A DNA stretch of 64,000 bases from Candidatus Fraserbacteria bacterium (GCA_037442925.1 JBBIPG010000002.1:12916-76915), one strand, 5' to 3'; counted from the first letter of the stretch, positions 36,182 through 46,526 are shown. Program-made: numbers and translations. The notes: generated from the letters alone by a model not told the origin.

Positions 36182-39100
36182 ATGTCAAAAATCATCGCGT
36201 CGGCGGCCATCCGCGGTGCACAACACTACTTCTCGGAGGCGGAGACCCAACTCAAACAAGCCATAGCGACCTACAAACCGGAGAAGAAGATCGCCTTTCC
36301 CAACACGGCGTATCATTTGCCTCTCATTTTTGCACTCACAGGACTTAAGGTCGAGACTCTTAAAGACTGTGAAGAAGCATTGAACCATGCCCGCTCTTTG
36401 CTTCCGCCATTGCCGGCGGATTCCCTGTGGCTGCCGTATTTGGGTGATGCACTGGATGCGGGCATTGCCACACTGATCGCGGAAGAGATCATTGAAGCGC
36501 TCAAGTATCTCGACCCGAGCTACAAGCCGGATCCGCCGTGGCTGGGCTTCACGGACGACTCGATCCTGAGAACTCAGGGAATTAAGTTGGTAGATGGGAG
36601 GATGCCGGGCTTCGCGGCCTGCGTGGGGGCGCTTCCCACCAATGGAGACGCTGTGGAACTGATTCGAGCCCTGCAGGAGCGAAGCATTCTTGTCTTCATT
36701 GCAGGCAGCTCCAATGGGCGCTCGATGGCCGAGCAATTGAACGAGGAGGGCATCGAGTTGGGCTGGGACACCTACGTCGTCCCCTATGGCAAGGAGATGA
36801 GCGCTGCAGTCTATGCTCTCAATTTCGCCGCTCGTGCGGCCATGACCTTCGGCGGGATCAAACCCGGCAGCTTTGAAGCGGCAAGAAAAATCTTGCTCTA
36901 CAACAAAGAGCGCGTCTTTGCGTTTGTGCTCGCACTGGGAGCTGACCCGAACGTCAATGGGAACGGCCAGCTGCTAACGGACGAGAAATATGCGACGGCT
37001 GCGGGTGCGATCAACTTTGGCTTTCCTGTCATTGCCGATGTGAACATTCCTCAGATCCTTCCCCGAGGCATCTGCACGTATGAGCACGTCGTCTCGGGAG
37101 TCTCGCTGGACAAGATCATCCAGAAGGCCGTCGAGGTGCGTGGCCTCAAACTCAAGCTGGCTCAGATTCCCATTCCGGTGCCCTACGGCGCAGGCTTCGA
37201 GGGCGAGCGCGTGCGCAAGGAGAATCTCTATGTCGAGTTCGGAGGCAAGTACAGCACAGCGTTTGAGCTCCTGCGAGCGCGACCGATGGATGAAGTGGAA
37301 GATGGGAAGATCGAACTCATCGGACCCGATTTGGATCAAGCCGAAGAAGGTGGGGCCATGCCCCTAGCCGTACTGGTCGATGTTGCTGGGCGCAACCTCA
37401 AGGCGGACTTTGAGCCCGTGCTGGAGAGAAGAATCCATCACTTCATCAGTTGCATCAATGGTGTGATGCACATCGGACAGCGAGACATCCCCTGGGTGCG
37501 CCTGAGCAAAGAAGCGTACGAGAAAGGCTTTCGCTTGAAGCATTACGGCGAAGTCCTCGTTGCCAAATTCAAAGACGACTTTGGTGCCATCGTCGACAAA
37601 GTGCAGGTGAAGCTCGTGACAGATCAGGCACAAGTCGATCAACTGCTGAAAGAAGCGCGAGAGATCTACCGACAACGCGACGAGCGCGTCATGGGTATGA
37701 AGGACGAAGACGTAGATACCTTCTACAGCTGCATCTTGTGTCAGAGCTACGCGCCCAATCACGTCTGCATCGTGACGCCTCAACGCTTGGGCCTTTGTGG
37801 TGCGTATACCTGGCTCGACTGCGGCGCGTCCTACGAGATGGACCCGCACGGCCCCAACAAGCCGGTCACTAAGGGCATCTGTCTCGATCCTGTCTTAGGG
37901 GAGTGGCAAGGGGTCAACGAGTACGTGCGCGTTGCCTCCAACGGCAATCTCGAAAGGGTCTCGATGTACTCGATCATGCAGGACCCCCAAACGTCGTGCG
38001 TTGTTGGGGAGACCGAACTGATCATCGACGGCGTTCCCACACCCCTTGGGGAGTTCATCGAGCAGCACCGGGGGGGCGAGCGCTACAGAGATTCAGCGGC
38101 CTTGACGCTGCGCGAAGGCAAAGCCCGCCTGGAGCCGCTGGTAGCTCTGCAGCGCTTCGATGCTCCTGAGGAACTGATTCGATTAGAAACGAAGTCCGGT
38201 GCTCAGCTGGTCTTGACGAAAGATCACGAGCTGGCAGTCGATCGGCCGGACGGCATGCGATGGGTTCGCGCGGACCAAATCAAAGCGGGCGAGCGCCTGA
38301 TCGCGCTCAAGCACTTGCGTCTGCCGGGACAGCTTCCCGCCGTGGTTGAGCTTTTGCCTAAGGACTTCCGATCTCGGAGGCAGCTGCCGAAGTCTTTAAG
38401 CCCTGAACTCTTCTATCTGCTGGGCTTGATCGCCAGTGACGGCTGCATCACACCGCGCGGCCGCTATGAGCGCATCATCCATTTCGTCAACACTGATGAA
38501 GAGCTTGTCCAGCAATTCACCGGGATTCATAAAGAGCTCTTCCCCGACTGCCATCTGGCGAGAAAGGTCAAATCGGCCAAGCCGACGACGCTGCGGGGAC
38601 GCACGATCAAGCCTACTAGGCCCTGCTTCCAGCTTTCTAGCAACAATTCAGTGTTGGGTTTGCTGGCAGAGCGCTTGGGGCTTCGCGTCGGTAGTCAAGG
38701 GCACTGGGAGCTGGGACGGCTGGCGAGCTTACCGGAGGCTCACATCGCAGCCTTCTTGGCAGGGGTCTTCGACGGCGACGGCAGCGTCCGCTTACGTCAA
38801 TATGCGGGAAAGTGGGACATTGCTGAGGGGTATGTGTGCATCGCCGACGAGCGGGCCGCGCGCCATCTGCAGCTCCTGTTGCGGCGGCTGGGCATTATAG
38901 GAAACCTCAACAAATCGGGATCGGTCTGGAAGATCGTGATGCACGGGGCGAATCTCCGAAAGTTCGCTGAGGTCATCCCGGCCAAGCACCCGGAGAAGCA
39001 GGCGGTCTTGGCGAGCGTTCGTCAGCTGCCGGGCAACGGCAGGCTCGACAAGACGCAAGAAGAAGTGCTGCCGTATTATGTGGGGCAGGCCTTGGCCCAG

Positions 39101-39781
39101 CTGCCCGCCTGCCACGAGGTTCTTAGCCCCAGCACGCTCTATTACTACCAGTCAGGCCGCTCGCGACCTGTAGCAGCCAATGTCCAGAAAGTGCTCGAAG
39201 CTGCTCCGGAGACTGGGCTGCTACGAGCCGCTCTGGAGACAGACTACTTCCTGGACACCGTGGTGACAGTGGAGACGGTGAGCAACACTGGGAAAGATCG
39301 CTATGAGCGCGTCTATTGCTTGACTCTTGCTGACATCCACTGCTTCTTCGCCAACACCATCCTGATCAAGAACTGCGGGTGCTTCGAGTGCATCGTTGCT
39401 GTGTTGCCTGAGACCAACGGGGTGATGGTCGCCAGCCGCGAATATCAGGGTGAGACGCCCATCGGCATGACCTTCTCGACGATGGCCGGCGAGGTCGGCG
39501 GCGGGGTGCAGACGCCGGGCTTTTTGGGCGTGGGCAAGCTCTATCTGACGAGCGAAAAATTTATCAGCGCTGAGGGCGGGATCAGGAGATTAGTGTGGAT
39601 GCCTAGCGAGCTTAAAGAAGAGATCAAAGAGAGACTCCAAAAGCGCTTGGAGGAGATCGGGATGCCCGAACTCTTCGACAAGATCGCCACTGAAAAAGAC
39701 GCCACGACGACGGACGAGTTGATGGCATTCTTGCAGAAAGTGGGACACCCGGTGCTCGAGATGGAAGCGATCATCGCCTAA
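36182..39781 (+). CDS. acsB: Acetyl-CoA synthase precursor containing an intein (740 aa after splicing)
   Basis: FPNTAYHLP, GFEGERVR, CILCQSYAPNHVC..RLGLCG (A-cluster Cys), PQTS|CGCFE, GGGVQTPGF, RLVWMP. Confidence 0.96.
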   Translation: MSKIIASAAIRGAQHYFSEAETQLKQAIATYKPEKKIAFPNTAYHLPLIFALTGLKVETLKDCEEALNHARSLLPPLPADSLWLPYLGDALDAGIATLIAEEIIEALKYLDPSYKPDPPWLGFTDDSILRTQGIKLVDGRMPGFAACVGALPTNGDAVELIRALQERSILVFIAGSSNGRSMAEQLNEEGIELGWDTYVVPYGKEMSAAVYALNFAARAAMTFGGIKPGSFEAARKILLYNKERVFAFVLALGADPNVNGNGQLLTDEKYATAAGAINFGFPVIADVNIPQILPRGICTYEHVVSGVSLDKIIQKAVEVRGLKLKLAQIPIPVPYGAGFEGERVRKENLYVEFGGKYSTAFELLRARPMDEVEDGKIELIGPDLDQAEEGGAMPLAVLVDVAGRNLKADFEPVLERRIHHFISCINGVMHIGQRDIPWVRLSKEAYEKGFRLKHYGEVLVAKFKDDFGAIVDKVQVKLVTDQAQVDQLLKEAREIYRQRDERVMGMKDEDVDTFYSCILCQSYAPNHVCIVTPQRLGLCGAYTWLDCGASYEMDPHGPNKPVTKGICLDPVLGEWQGVNEYVRVASNGNLERVSMYSIMQDPQTSCVVGETELIIDGVPTPLGEFIEQHRGGERYRDSAALTLREGKARLEPLVALQRFDAPEELIRLETKSGAQLVLTKDHELAVDRPDGMRWVRADQIKAGERLIALKHLRLPGQLPAVVELLPKDFRSRRQLPKSLSPELFYLLGLIASDGCITPRGRYERIIHFVNTDEELVQQFTGIHKELFPDCHLARKVKSAKPTTLRGRTIKPTRPCFQLSSNNSVLGLLAERLGLRVGSQGHWELGRLASLPEAHIAAFLAGVFDGDGSVRLRQYAGKWDIAEGYVCIADERAARHLQLLLRRLGIIGNLNKSGSVWKIVMHGANLRKFAEVIPAKHPEKQAVLASVRQLPGNGRLDKTQEEVLPYYVGQALAQLPACHEVLSPSTLYYYQSGRSRPVAANVQKVLEAAPETGLLRAALETDYFLDTVVTVETVSNTGKDRYERVYCLTLADIHCFFANTILIKNCGCFECIVAVLPETNGVMVASREYQGETPIGMTFSTMAGEVGGGVQTPGFLGVGKLYLTSEKFISAEGGIRRLVWMPSELKEEIKERLQKRLEEIGMPELFDKIATEKDATTTDELMAFLQKVGHPVLEMEAIIA
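37997..39373 (+). mobile_element. Intein with LAGLIDADG homing endonuclease (459 aa) in acsB
   Basis: Block A CVVGET; block B LVLTKDH; LAGLIDADG motifs LLGLIASDG and FLAGVFDGDG; block F VYCLTL...FFAN; block G ILIKN followed by Cys+1. Removal restores TS-CGCFE. Confidence 0.95.
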
Positions 39782-39792
39782 AGGAGCTTGTG

Positions 39793-41130
39793 ATGGCCAA
39801 ACTCACGGGAATAGAGATCTATAAACACCTGCCCAAGACTAACTGTGGTGACTGTAATTTCCCTACGTGTATGGCCTTCGCCATGCAAGTGGCCGCCAAG
39901 AAAGTGGGTCTCGAGCAGTGCCCACATGTCTCAGCCGAGGCGAAAGCGGCCCTTTCCGAAGCCCAAGCCCCACCGATGCGTGTGGTCACGATCGGGGCGG
40001 GAGATCGTGCGCTCAAAGTCGGCGGCGAGACGGTGTTGTTCCGACACGACGAGAAATTCCATCGCCCGACGGTCATTGCCATTCGCGTGCGGGATGATCT
40101 GCCGGAAGCGGAGCTGGCTCAGCGTATCGAGAAGATCAATCAGATCCAGTTCGTGCGCGTCGGACAGAAGATCGCCGTCAATGCCATCGCCGTCGAGCAA
40201 ACGAACAGTGGGAAGTTTGTGCCCTCCGTGAAGCTTGTCAGCGAAAGATCCCCACTCGTGCTCATCTTGATCAGCTCTGATCCTCGGGCTCTCACGGCTG
40301 CTCTTGAGATCTGTGCGGATCGACGCCCATTGATCCACGCGGCGACAAAAGAGAACTGTAAAGAACTGGCAGCGCTGGCAAAGCAGTTCAACTGCCCGTT
40401 GGCCGTCCGTGCCACATCTCTTGAAGAGCTGGCTGAACTTACTCACGAGATGAAAGCCTCAGGCGTCGAGGATCTCGTCCTGGACCCGAACGTACAGGGA
40501 ATGGCTGAGGGACTGACCAAACTGACACAACTCCGTCGTCTGGCCCTAGAGAAGACGTTTAGACCCTTAGGATTTCCCACCATGACGATCGTTCCTGGCA
40601 GTGACCCGTTCATGGATACGGCTCAGGCGGCGGCGTACATCTGCAAGTACGCCAGCATCATCGTGATGGATGGCTGCGAACGCTGGCAGCTGTTGCCCAT
40701 TTTGACAGCGCGCCAGAACATCTACACCGACCCGCAAGTGCCCAACGCTGTCGAGGCCAAGCTCTACAAAGTGGGCGAGCCAGGATCTCAATCACCCGTA
40801 CTGGTTACCACAAACTTCGCGCTCACCTACTTCACCGTCGAAGGCGAAGTGGAGAACAGCCGCGTCCCGGCCTACATCGCCGTGGTGGATACCGGGGGAT
40901 TGGGTGTGCTCAATGCCTACGCAGACGACAAGCTCACAGCGGAGGGAATCGTCAAGACCGTCAAGGCCTCTGGAATCATGGATCAAGTTTCCCATAAGAA
41001 ACTCGTCATCCCCGGATTAGTCGCCGTGCTCAAGGGCGAGATCGAGGACGAAGGAGGCTGGGAAGTGTTAGTTGGTCCGGAGGAAGCAGCGGGCTTGCCC
41101 GCCTACTTGCGAAACGATTGGAAAGCGTAA
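39793..41130 (+). CDS. acsC: Corrinoid Fe-S protein large subunit
   Basis: LPKTNCGDCNFPTCMAFA..CPH, GGETVLFRH, RQNIYTDPQ, VTTNFALTY. Confidence 0.95.
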   Translation: MAKLTGIEIYKHLPKTNCGDCNFPTCMAFAMQVAAKKVGLEQCPHVSAEAKAALSEAQAPPMRVVTIGAGDRALKVGGETVLFRHDEKFHRPTVIAIRVRDDLPEAELAQRIEKINQIQFVRVGQKIAVNAIAVEQTNSGKFVPSVKLVSERSPLVLILISSDPRALTAALEICADRRPLIHAATKENCKELAALAKQFNCPLAVRATSLEELAELTHEMKASGVEDLVLDPNVQGMAEGLTKLTQLRRLALEKTFRPLGFPTMTIVPGSDPFMDTAQAAAYICKYASIIVMDGCERWQLLPILTARQNIYTDPQVPNAVEAKLYKVGEPGSQSPVLVTTNFALTYFTVEGEVENSRVPAYIAVVDTGGLGVLNAYADDKLTAEGIVKTVKASGIMDQVSHKKLVIPGLVAVLKGEIEDEGGWEVLVGPEEAAGLPAYLRNDWKA

Positions 41131-41146
41131 AGGCAGGGGACTCGAG

Positions 41147-43057
41147 ATGCCCAAAGTCGTCTTTCACCCAGATGACGTGAGCGTCGAAGTCGAGCGCGGG
41201 GTGACGCTGCAAGCCGCCGCGAAGGCAGCCGGTGTTGAGCTGGCCAGCATCTGCGGCGGGGATGGCATCTGCGGTCGCTGCCGAGTGATCGTGCGAGACG
41301 GCAACATCCAGGCTTCTCCCACTACCTTGCTCAGCCGCGACGAGATCCAAAGAGGGTATGTACTCGCGTGCCAGACGAAGATCACCGGAGACGTCGAAAT
41401 CGAAGTGCCCCCAGAAACACGCACGGAAGAGGGGCAGATTCTCATCGACATCGACGCCCAACGCTTCCGGGCCCTCTATCAGGAGGAGAAGATCTCTTTT
41501 CGGCATGAGCCCTTGGTGCAAAAGCTCTACGCGGAGTTGCCTCGGCCCACGCTGCAAGATAATCTGGCGGACCACCAGCGGCTCTACCGCGAAATCCGCC
41601 GCCACAAGAACTACCAGATCATGCAGACGGGCCTCAAGGTCTTACAGACTCATCCCAAGCTCTTTCGCACGAGTCGCTGGAAGATCACGGCTACCCTGGG
41701 TATGCGCGGCGGGACCATCGAAGTGCTCCAAGTCGAGGGCGGCAATACCGCAGAGCGCAACTACGGCATCGCCGTGGACGTGGGAACTTCCACCGTCGTC
41801 GCTCACTTGCTCGATCTGAATACGGGCAAGACGGTGGATGCCGAAGCCATGTACAACTCACAGCGTGCGTACGGCGAAGAAGTGACACGGCGCATCATCT
41901 ATGCAGAACGCGGCGGACTGGACCAGCTGCAAAAGACAGTCGTCAACGATATCAACAACTTGATCACGGCACTTGTGGCGCGCAACCAGATTGCACAACA
42001 CGACTGTCTCACGGTTCTTTGCGCCGGCAACACGACGATGATGCATCTCGTATTGGGTCTGGACCCCACCTACATCCGCCGCGATCCCTACGTTTCCTGT
42101 TCGACGGCGCCTCCGCCGGTGCGAGCGGCCGAAGTGGGAATTCAGATCAACCCTCGCGGGCTTCTGTACTGCCTGCCGGCCATCGGGGGCTGGGTGGGCG
42201 GAGATGTGACTGGTGGGATTCTGGCGACGGGACTTCACGAGTCGGATGAGACCGTGATGCTGATCGATGTCGGCACCAACGGAGAGATCGTCATCGGCAA
42301 TAGAGAGTGGATGGTGGCCTGTTCGGCCTCCGCCGGTCCGGCCTTTGAGGGCTCGGGAGTGCAGTGCGGCATGAAAGCAAGCCGCGGCGCGATTGAGCGC
42401 GTACAGATCTCATCGGACGGAAACGTGCTCTATAAGAGTGTGGGCAACGTCAAACCCAAAGGCATCTGTGGCTCGGGGCTCATCGATCTGGTCGCGGCGC
42501 TTTTCACAGCTGATCTCATTGATCGGTCCGGAGCGCTGCAGCCGGAAGCCAGCCCCAGAGTCCGTGAGCGCAACGGCTTGCTCGAGTTCGTTGTCGTTCC
42601 CACCCAGCGCTCTGGCACCGGCAAGGATATCGTCATCACTCAAGCCGACATCGAGAATCTACTGAGTGCCAAAGCCGCCATCTACGCCGGGGCACACATC
42701 TTAATCAAATCGCTCGATCTCGACTTCAACGATATCGAAAGAGTCTTTTTAGCCGGAGGCTTCGGGAACTATCTGGACCGCGAGAAGGCGATCACGATTG
42801 GCCTGATTCCCGATCTACCCCTGGAAAAGATTCGATTTGTCGGTAACACGTCCATCATCGGGGCCAAACTGGCGCTGCTCTCTCAAGAAGCGTTCGAGCG
42901 CAGCTACGAGATCGCGAGGAACGTGACGTATTATGATCTCATTAGCTTTCCGCACTATTACGAGGAGTTTCTCGCGGCGAAATTCCTGCCGCATACGGAG
43001 CTGGAACGTTTTCCATCTGTGCAGGAGAGACTGAAATCAAAAGCGAGGATCTTCTAG
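41147..43057 (+). CDS. acsV: Reductive activator of corrinoid protein (RACo, ASKHA ATPase with [2Fe-2S])
   Basis: CGGDGICGRC...LACQ, DVGTST, DVGTNGE, AGPAFEG, GICGSG, LAGGFG. Confidence 0.92.
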   Translation: MPKVVFHPDDVSVEVERGVTLQAAAKAAGVELASICGGDGICGRCRVIVRDGNIQASPTTLLSRDEIQRGYVLACQTKITGDVEIEVPPETRTEEGQILIDIDAQRFRALYQEEKISFRHEPLVQKLYAELPRPTLQDNLADHQRLYREIRRHKNYQIMQTGLKVLQTHPKLFRTSRWKITATLGMRGGTIEVLQVEGGNTAERNYGIAVDVGTSTVVAHLLDLNTGKTVDAEAMYNSQRAYGEEVTRRIIYAERGGLDQLQKTVVNDINNLITALVARNQIAQHDCLTVLCAGNTTMMHLVLGLDPTYIRRDPYVSCSTAPPPVRAAEVGIQINPRGLLYCLPAIGGWVGGDVTGGILATGLHESDETVMLIDVGTNGEIVIGNREWMVACSASAGPAFEGSGVQCGMKASRGAIERVQISSDGNVLYKSVGNVKPKGICGSGLIDLVAALFTADLIDRSGALQPEASPRVRERNGLLEFVVVPTQRSGTGKDIVITQADIENLLSAKAAIYAGAHILIKSLDLDFNDIERVFLAGGFGNYLDREKAITIGLIPDLPLEKIRFVGNTSIIGAKLALLSQEAFERSYEIARNVTYYDLISFPHYYEEFLAAKFLPHTELERFPSVQERLKSKARIF

Positions 43058-43840
43058 ATGGCTTTCACCATTGGGGTTGCCGGTAAAGGCGGCGTGGGGA
43101 AGACGACCCTGGCAGGTTTGATCGCACGATTGCTGTTGGAGCGCGGCGATGGGCCCGTTTTGGCGATTGACGCCGATCCCAACACCAACTTTCATCAAGT
43201 TCTGGGGCTCCACGTGGAACAGACCATCGGCGAACTGCGCGAAGAGACTCTCAAGAAAATAAAAGACTTACCAGCTGGCATCTCCAAGGATCAGTATCTC
43301 GAGTACGGCCTGCACCAGTGTCTCGTCGAGGACAATGGCATCGATCTATTGGCCATGGGACGAGGCGAGGGTCCCTTCTGCTACTGTGCCGTCAACCACG
43401 TACTGCGACGCTACATGGATCTTCTGGCCAAGAACTACAAGTACATCGTCATGGACAACGAGGCTGGCCTGGAACATCTCTCACGACGAACCACACAAGA
43501 TGTTGATGTCTTGCTCATAGTGAGCGAATGCTTTCCCGTGGCACTTCAGGCTGCCGCCAGAATCAGCAAGATCGCCGATGAACTCAAATTACGCATCGGT
43601 CAGAGATTCCTCGTGCTAAACCATGTGAACGACGGAACCCTGTCTGGGCCGGCCCAGGAAGCTCTACAAGAGAGCATTGGGCAGGCGGGGCTCATGCTCA
43701 TCGGGGAGATCCCCCGCGATGAGGCGATTCGGCGCCTCAGCGTGGAAGGCAAACCGCTGAGCGAACTACCCGCCTCCTCGCCGGCCAAGTCAGCCGTGAA
43801 GGCGATTCTTGAAAGAGTGCTGGAGAAAGGAGGCCCCTGA
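43058..43840 (+). CDS. acsF: Second CooC-family ATPase (ACS maturation)
   Basis: GKGGVGKT, DADPN, CYC, DNEAGLEHLSRRT. Confidence 0.85.
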   Translation: MAFTIGVAGKGGVGKTTLAGLIARLLLERGDGPVLAIDADPNTNFHQVLGLHVEQTIGELREETLKKIKDLPAGISKDQYLEYGLHQCLVEDNGIDLLAMGRGEGPFCYCAVNHVLRRYMDLLAKNYKYIVMDNEAGLEHLSRRTTQDVDVLLIVSECFPVALQAAARISKIADELKLRIGQRFLVLNHVNDGTLSGPAQEALQESIGQAGLMLIGEIPRDEAIRRLSVEGKPLSELPASSPAKSAVKAILERVLEKGGP

Positions 43841-44820
43841 TGCCGGTAGCCATTCCCGATGTGAAGAAGACTTGGACGAACGCGATCAACGTGGTGACAC
43901 TGGGGGCCACGCGCGAAGAGGGGGGGACCCGCACGTCGAAGGTGACGGTAGGCGGCGCGACTTCGCTCTCCTTCCATCATTTTGAGGGCACGATGCCCCA
44001 CCCACCTGCGATCGCCATGGAGGTCTGGGATATTGCCCCCACCGACTGGCCCCAGATTCTGACAGAACCCTTCGCGGATGTGCTGAACGACCCCGGGCTC
44101 TGGGCCAAAAAGTGCGTCGAGCAGTACGGTGCCGAGTTGATCTGTCTGCGTCTTATGGGGTGTGATCCCATTCGTGGCAATCGCGGCCCTCAAGAGGCCG
44201 TGCCAGCGGTGAAGCGAGTACTCGCGTCCGTGGGTGTGCCACTCATCATTTGGGGTACGGGCAACGATGAGAAAGATAATGAGATCTTCCCCGCTGTGGC
44301 GGAAGCCGCAGCGGGTGAGAATTGCTTATTAGGCACGATCACGGAAGACAACTACAAGACGCTCGTTGCCGTCTGCACGGCGTACAAACATAAGCTGATC
44401 GCCGAGTCGCCTTGTGATGTCAACATTGCGAAGCAAGTGAACATCCTTGCCACAGATATGGGCTTCAAGCCGGAAGACATAGTGATCTATCCCACGAGCG
44501 CGGCATTGGGCTATGGACTCGAATACGTCTATTCCATCATGGAGCGGGCCAGGCTCGCGGCGTTACGCGGCGACAAGATGCTCTCGCAACCCATGATCTG
44601 TGATATTGGCATTGAGACATGGGGCGTGAAAGAAGCCAAGGCAAGTGAGCAAGAACTGCCCGAATGGGGTGAGCAGAAGGAGCGCGCGCCGCTGTGGGAA
44701 GCGACAACGGCATACATCTATTTGCTGACGGGGGCAGATCTTCTTGTGCTGCGCCATCCACGGGCTGTCGCCAGCGTGCGGCAAGCGATCCAGCAACTCA
44801 TGGGAGCCGGAGGCGGTTAG
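43840..44820 (+). CDS. acsD: Corrinoid Fe-S protein small subunit
   Basis: DVNIAKQVN, LGYGLEY.YS.MER.R, GD.ML, LRHP. Confidence 0.93.
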   Translation: MPVAIPDVKKTWTNAINVVTLGATREEGGTRTSKVTVGGATSLSFHHFEGTMPHPPAIAMEVWDIAPTDWPQILTEPFADVLNDPGLWAKKCVEQYGAELICLRLMGCDPIRGNRGPQEAVPAVKRVLASVGVPLIIWGTGNDEKDNEIFPAVAEAAAGENCLLGTITEDNYKTLVAVCTAYKHKLIAESPCDVNIAKQVNILATDMGFKPEDIVIYPTSAALGYGLEYVYSIMERARLAALRGDKMLSQPMICDIGIETWGVKEAKASEQELPEWGEQKERAPLWEATTAYIYLLTGADLLVLRHPRAVASVRQAIQQLMGAGGG

Positions 44821-44821
44821 C

Positions 44822-45625
44822 ATGATCCTCATTGGCGAGCGAATCAACGGCTCTTTCAAAGACGTCGGGGCTGCCATCAAAGAGAGGAACAAAGAACCCA
44901 TTCAAGACTGGGCAAAGAAGCAGACCGAAGCGGGAGCGGATTATCTCGATGTCAACTTGGGCGCGGTATCGAAGAATCCCGCTGACTTCGCCTGGCTCAT
45001 TCAGACCGTTTGTGAAGCTGTGCCCACGCCGCTTTCGATCGATTCGCTCAAGCTCGATCTGGTGCGCGCGGGACTGGAAGCTTATAGAGAATTCGGAGGC
45101 AGGCGACCTGTCATTATCAACAGCACGACCGCCGAAGAGAGCAAACTGATGCCGTTAGTCGAGTTGGCGGTTCAGTACAACTCAGGTCTCATTGGCGTCG
45201 TGATGGATGAGCGTGGCAGCCCGCAAGATATTGACCGACGAGTTGAGCTGGGAGCGAAGATCTTTGCCATCGCGAGCGAAGCGGGTCTACCTCCGGAACG
45301 AGTCTATCTCGACCCCATCGTCATGCCGGTCAAGTTTATGCAAGAGCAGGGCAAGAACGTCCTAGAAGCCATAAGGCAGTTCGCGATGATCTCCGACCCT
45401 CCGCCGCATATCTCTATCGGGCTCAGTAATATCTGCTCCAAAGCCCAAGAACGCTCGCTCATCACTCGGACGTTTCTCGTCATGGCCATGGCGGCTGGCT
45501 GCGATGCCGCAATCTGCAATGTGATGGACGCGGAACTCGTAAACGCTGTAGCCACAGCGGAGTTGATTCTCAACAAAGAAATATACAGCGACAGCTACTT
45601 GAAGGCATATCGAAAGCGGGGCTGA
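44822..45625 (+). CDS. acsE: Methyl-THF:corrinoid protein methyltransferase
   Basis: IGERING, YLDVN, LSIDS, INST, DP, GLSN (pterin-binding barrel); operon context. Confidence 0.9.
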   Translation: MILIGERINGSFKDVGAAIKERNKEPIQDWAKKQTEAGADYLDVNLGAVSKNPADFAWLIQTVCEAVPTPLSIDSLKLDLVRAGLEAYREFGGRRPVIINSTTAEESKLMPLVELAVQYNSGLIGVVMDERGSPQDIDRRVELGAKIFAIASEAGLPPERVYLDPIVMPVKFMQEQGKNVLEAIRQFAMISDPPPHISIGLSNICSKAQERSLITRTFLVMAMAAGCDAAICNVMDAELVNAVATAELILNKEIYSDSYLKAYRKRG

Positions 45626-45626
45626 A

Positions 45627-46526
45627 ATGAGACTTACAGGTGTACATCTGCTCCTGACGTACGAGTGCAATCTCGAGTGCGATCATTGCTTCGTCTGGGG
45701 CAGTCCCTGGCAACGTGGCACGATGACTCTCAAGACCATCCGTGAGATCCTACAGCAAGCTAAGGATCTTGGAACGGTAGAGTGGATCTACTTTGAGGGT
45801 GGCGAACCCTTTCTCTACTACGCCACTCTGCTCAAAGGGGTGCAAGTGGCTGCACGCCTGGGCTTTCAAGTGGGGATCGTATCGAATGGCTACTGGGCCA
45901 CCGATGCGCAAGATGCTCTAGAGTGGCTAAGACCCTTCGCGGGTCTTGTGCAAGACTTATCGATCAGTAGCGACCTCTATCACTGGAAGGAGAGCCTCAG
46001 CCAGCAAGCCAAGCACATCTGCTCCGCGGCGGGAAAGCTAGACATCCCCATGCAAATCCTCCACATCGCGGCACCCGAAGTCGCGGATGCCCCATCCGCG
46101 GTGGGACAACTTCCGCCGGGTACGTCGAAGGTCATGTATCGTGGGCGTGCGGCAGAGAAGTTGGCAAACAAGACTCCACGCCGACCTTGGACAGAGTTCA
46201 CGGCTTGTACGCATGAGGACCTCCGTGAGCCAGGGCGGGTACACATCGACCCCTTTGGGAATGTCCACATCTGCCAGGGGATCGCGCTGGGTAACGTCTA
46301 CCAAACACCGCTGAGGAGCATGTGCAGGAAGTACGATCCGGATACTCACCCGATTGCCGGTCCGTTGCTTTCGGGCGGTCCCGCAGAGCTTGTGCGCCGC
46401 TACAAGCTGGCTCACGAAGCACGATGTGCCGATTCATGCCATCTGTGCTATGAGGCCCGTCGGGCTCTGCGCAGTCGCTTTCCGGATGTCCTAAAACCGG
46501 ATCAGATGTATGGAGTGGTGCCGTGA
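45627..46526 (+). CDS. Radical SAM protein with C-terminal Cys-rich (SPASM/twitch-like) region
   Basis: CNLECDHC, GGEPF, SNGYWA, HIDPFGNVHICQG, CADSCHLC. Confidence 0.88.
   Translation: MRLTGVHLLLTYECNLECDHCFVWGSPWQRGTMTLKTIREILQQAKDLGTVEWIYFEGGEPFLYYATLLKGVQVAARLGFQVGIVSNGYWATDAQDALEWLRPFAGLVQDLSISSDLYHWKESLSQQAKHICSAAGKLDIPMQILHIAAPEVADAPSAVGQLPPGTSKVMYRGRAAEKLANKTPRRPWTEFTACTHEDLREPGRVHIDPFGNVHICQGIALGNVYQTPLRSMCRKYDPDTHPIAGPLLSGGPAELVRRYKLAHEARCADSCHLCYEARRALRSRFPDVLKPDQMYGVVP

Noticed and set aside
37997..39373. Class 3 intein assignment based on the block F Cys
   Set aside because: Cys1 is intact and the Trp and Thr of the WCT triplet are absent.
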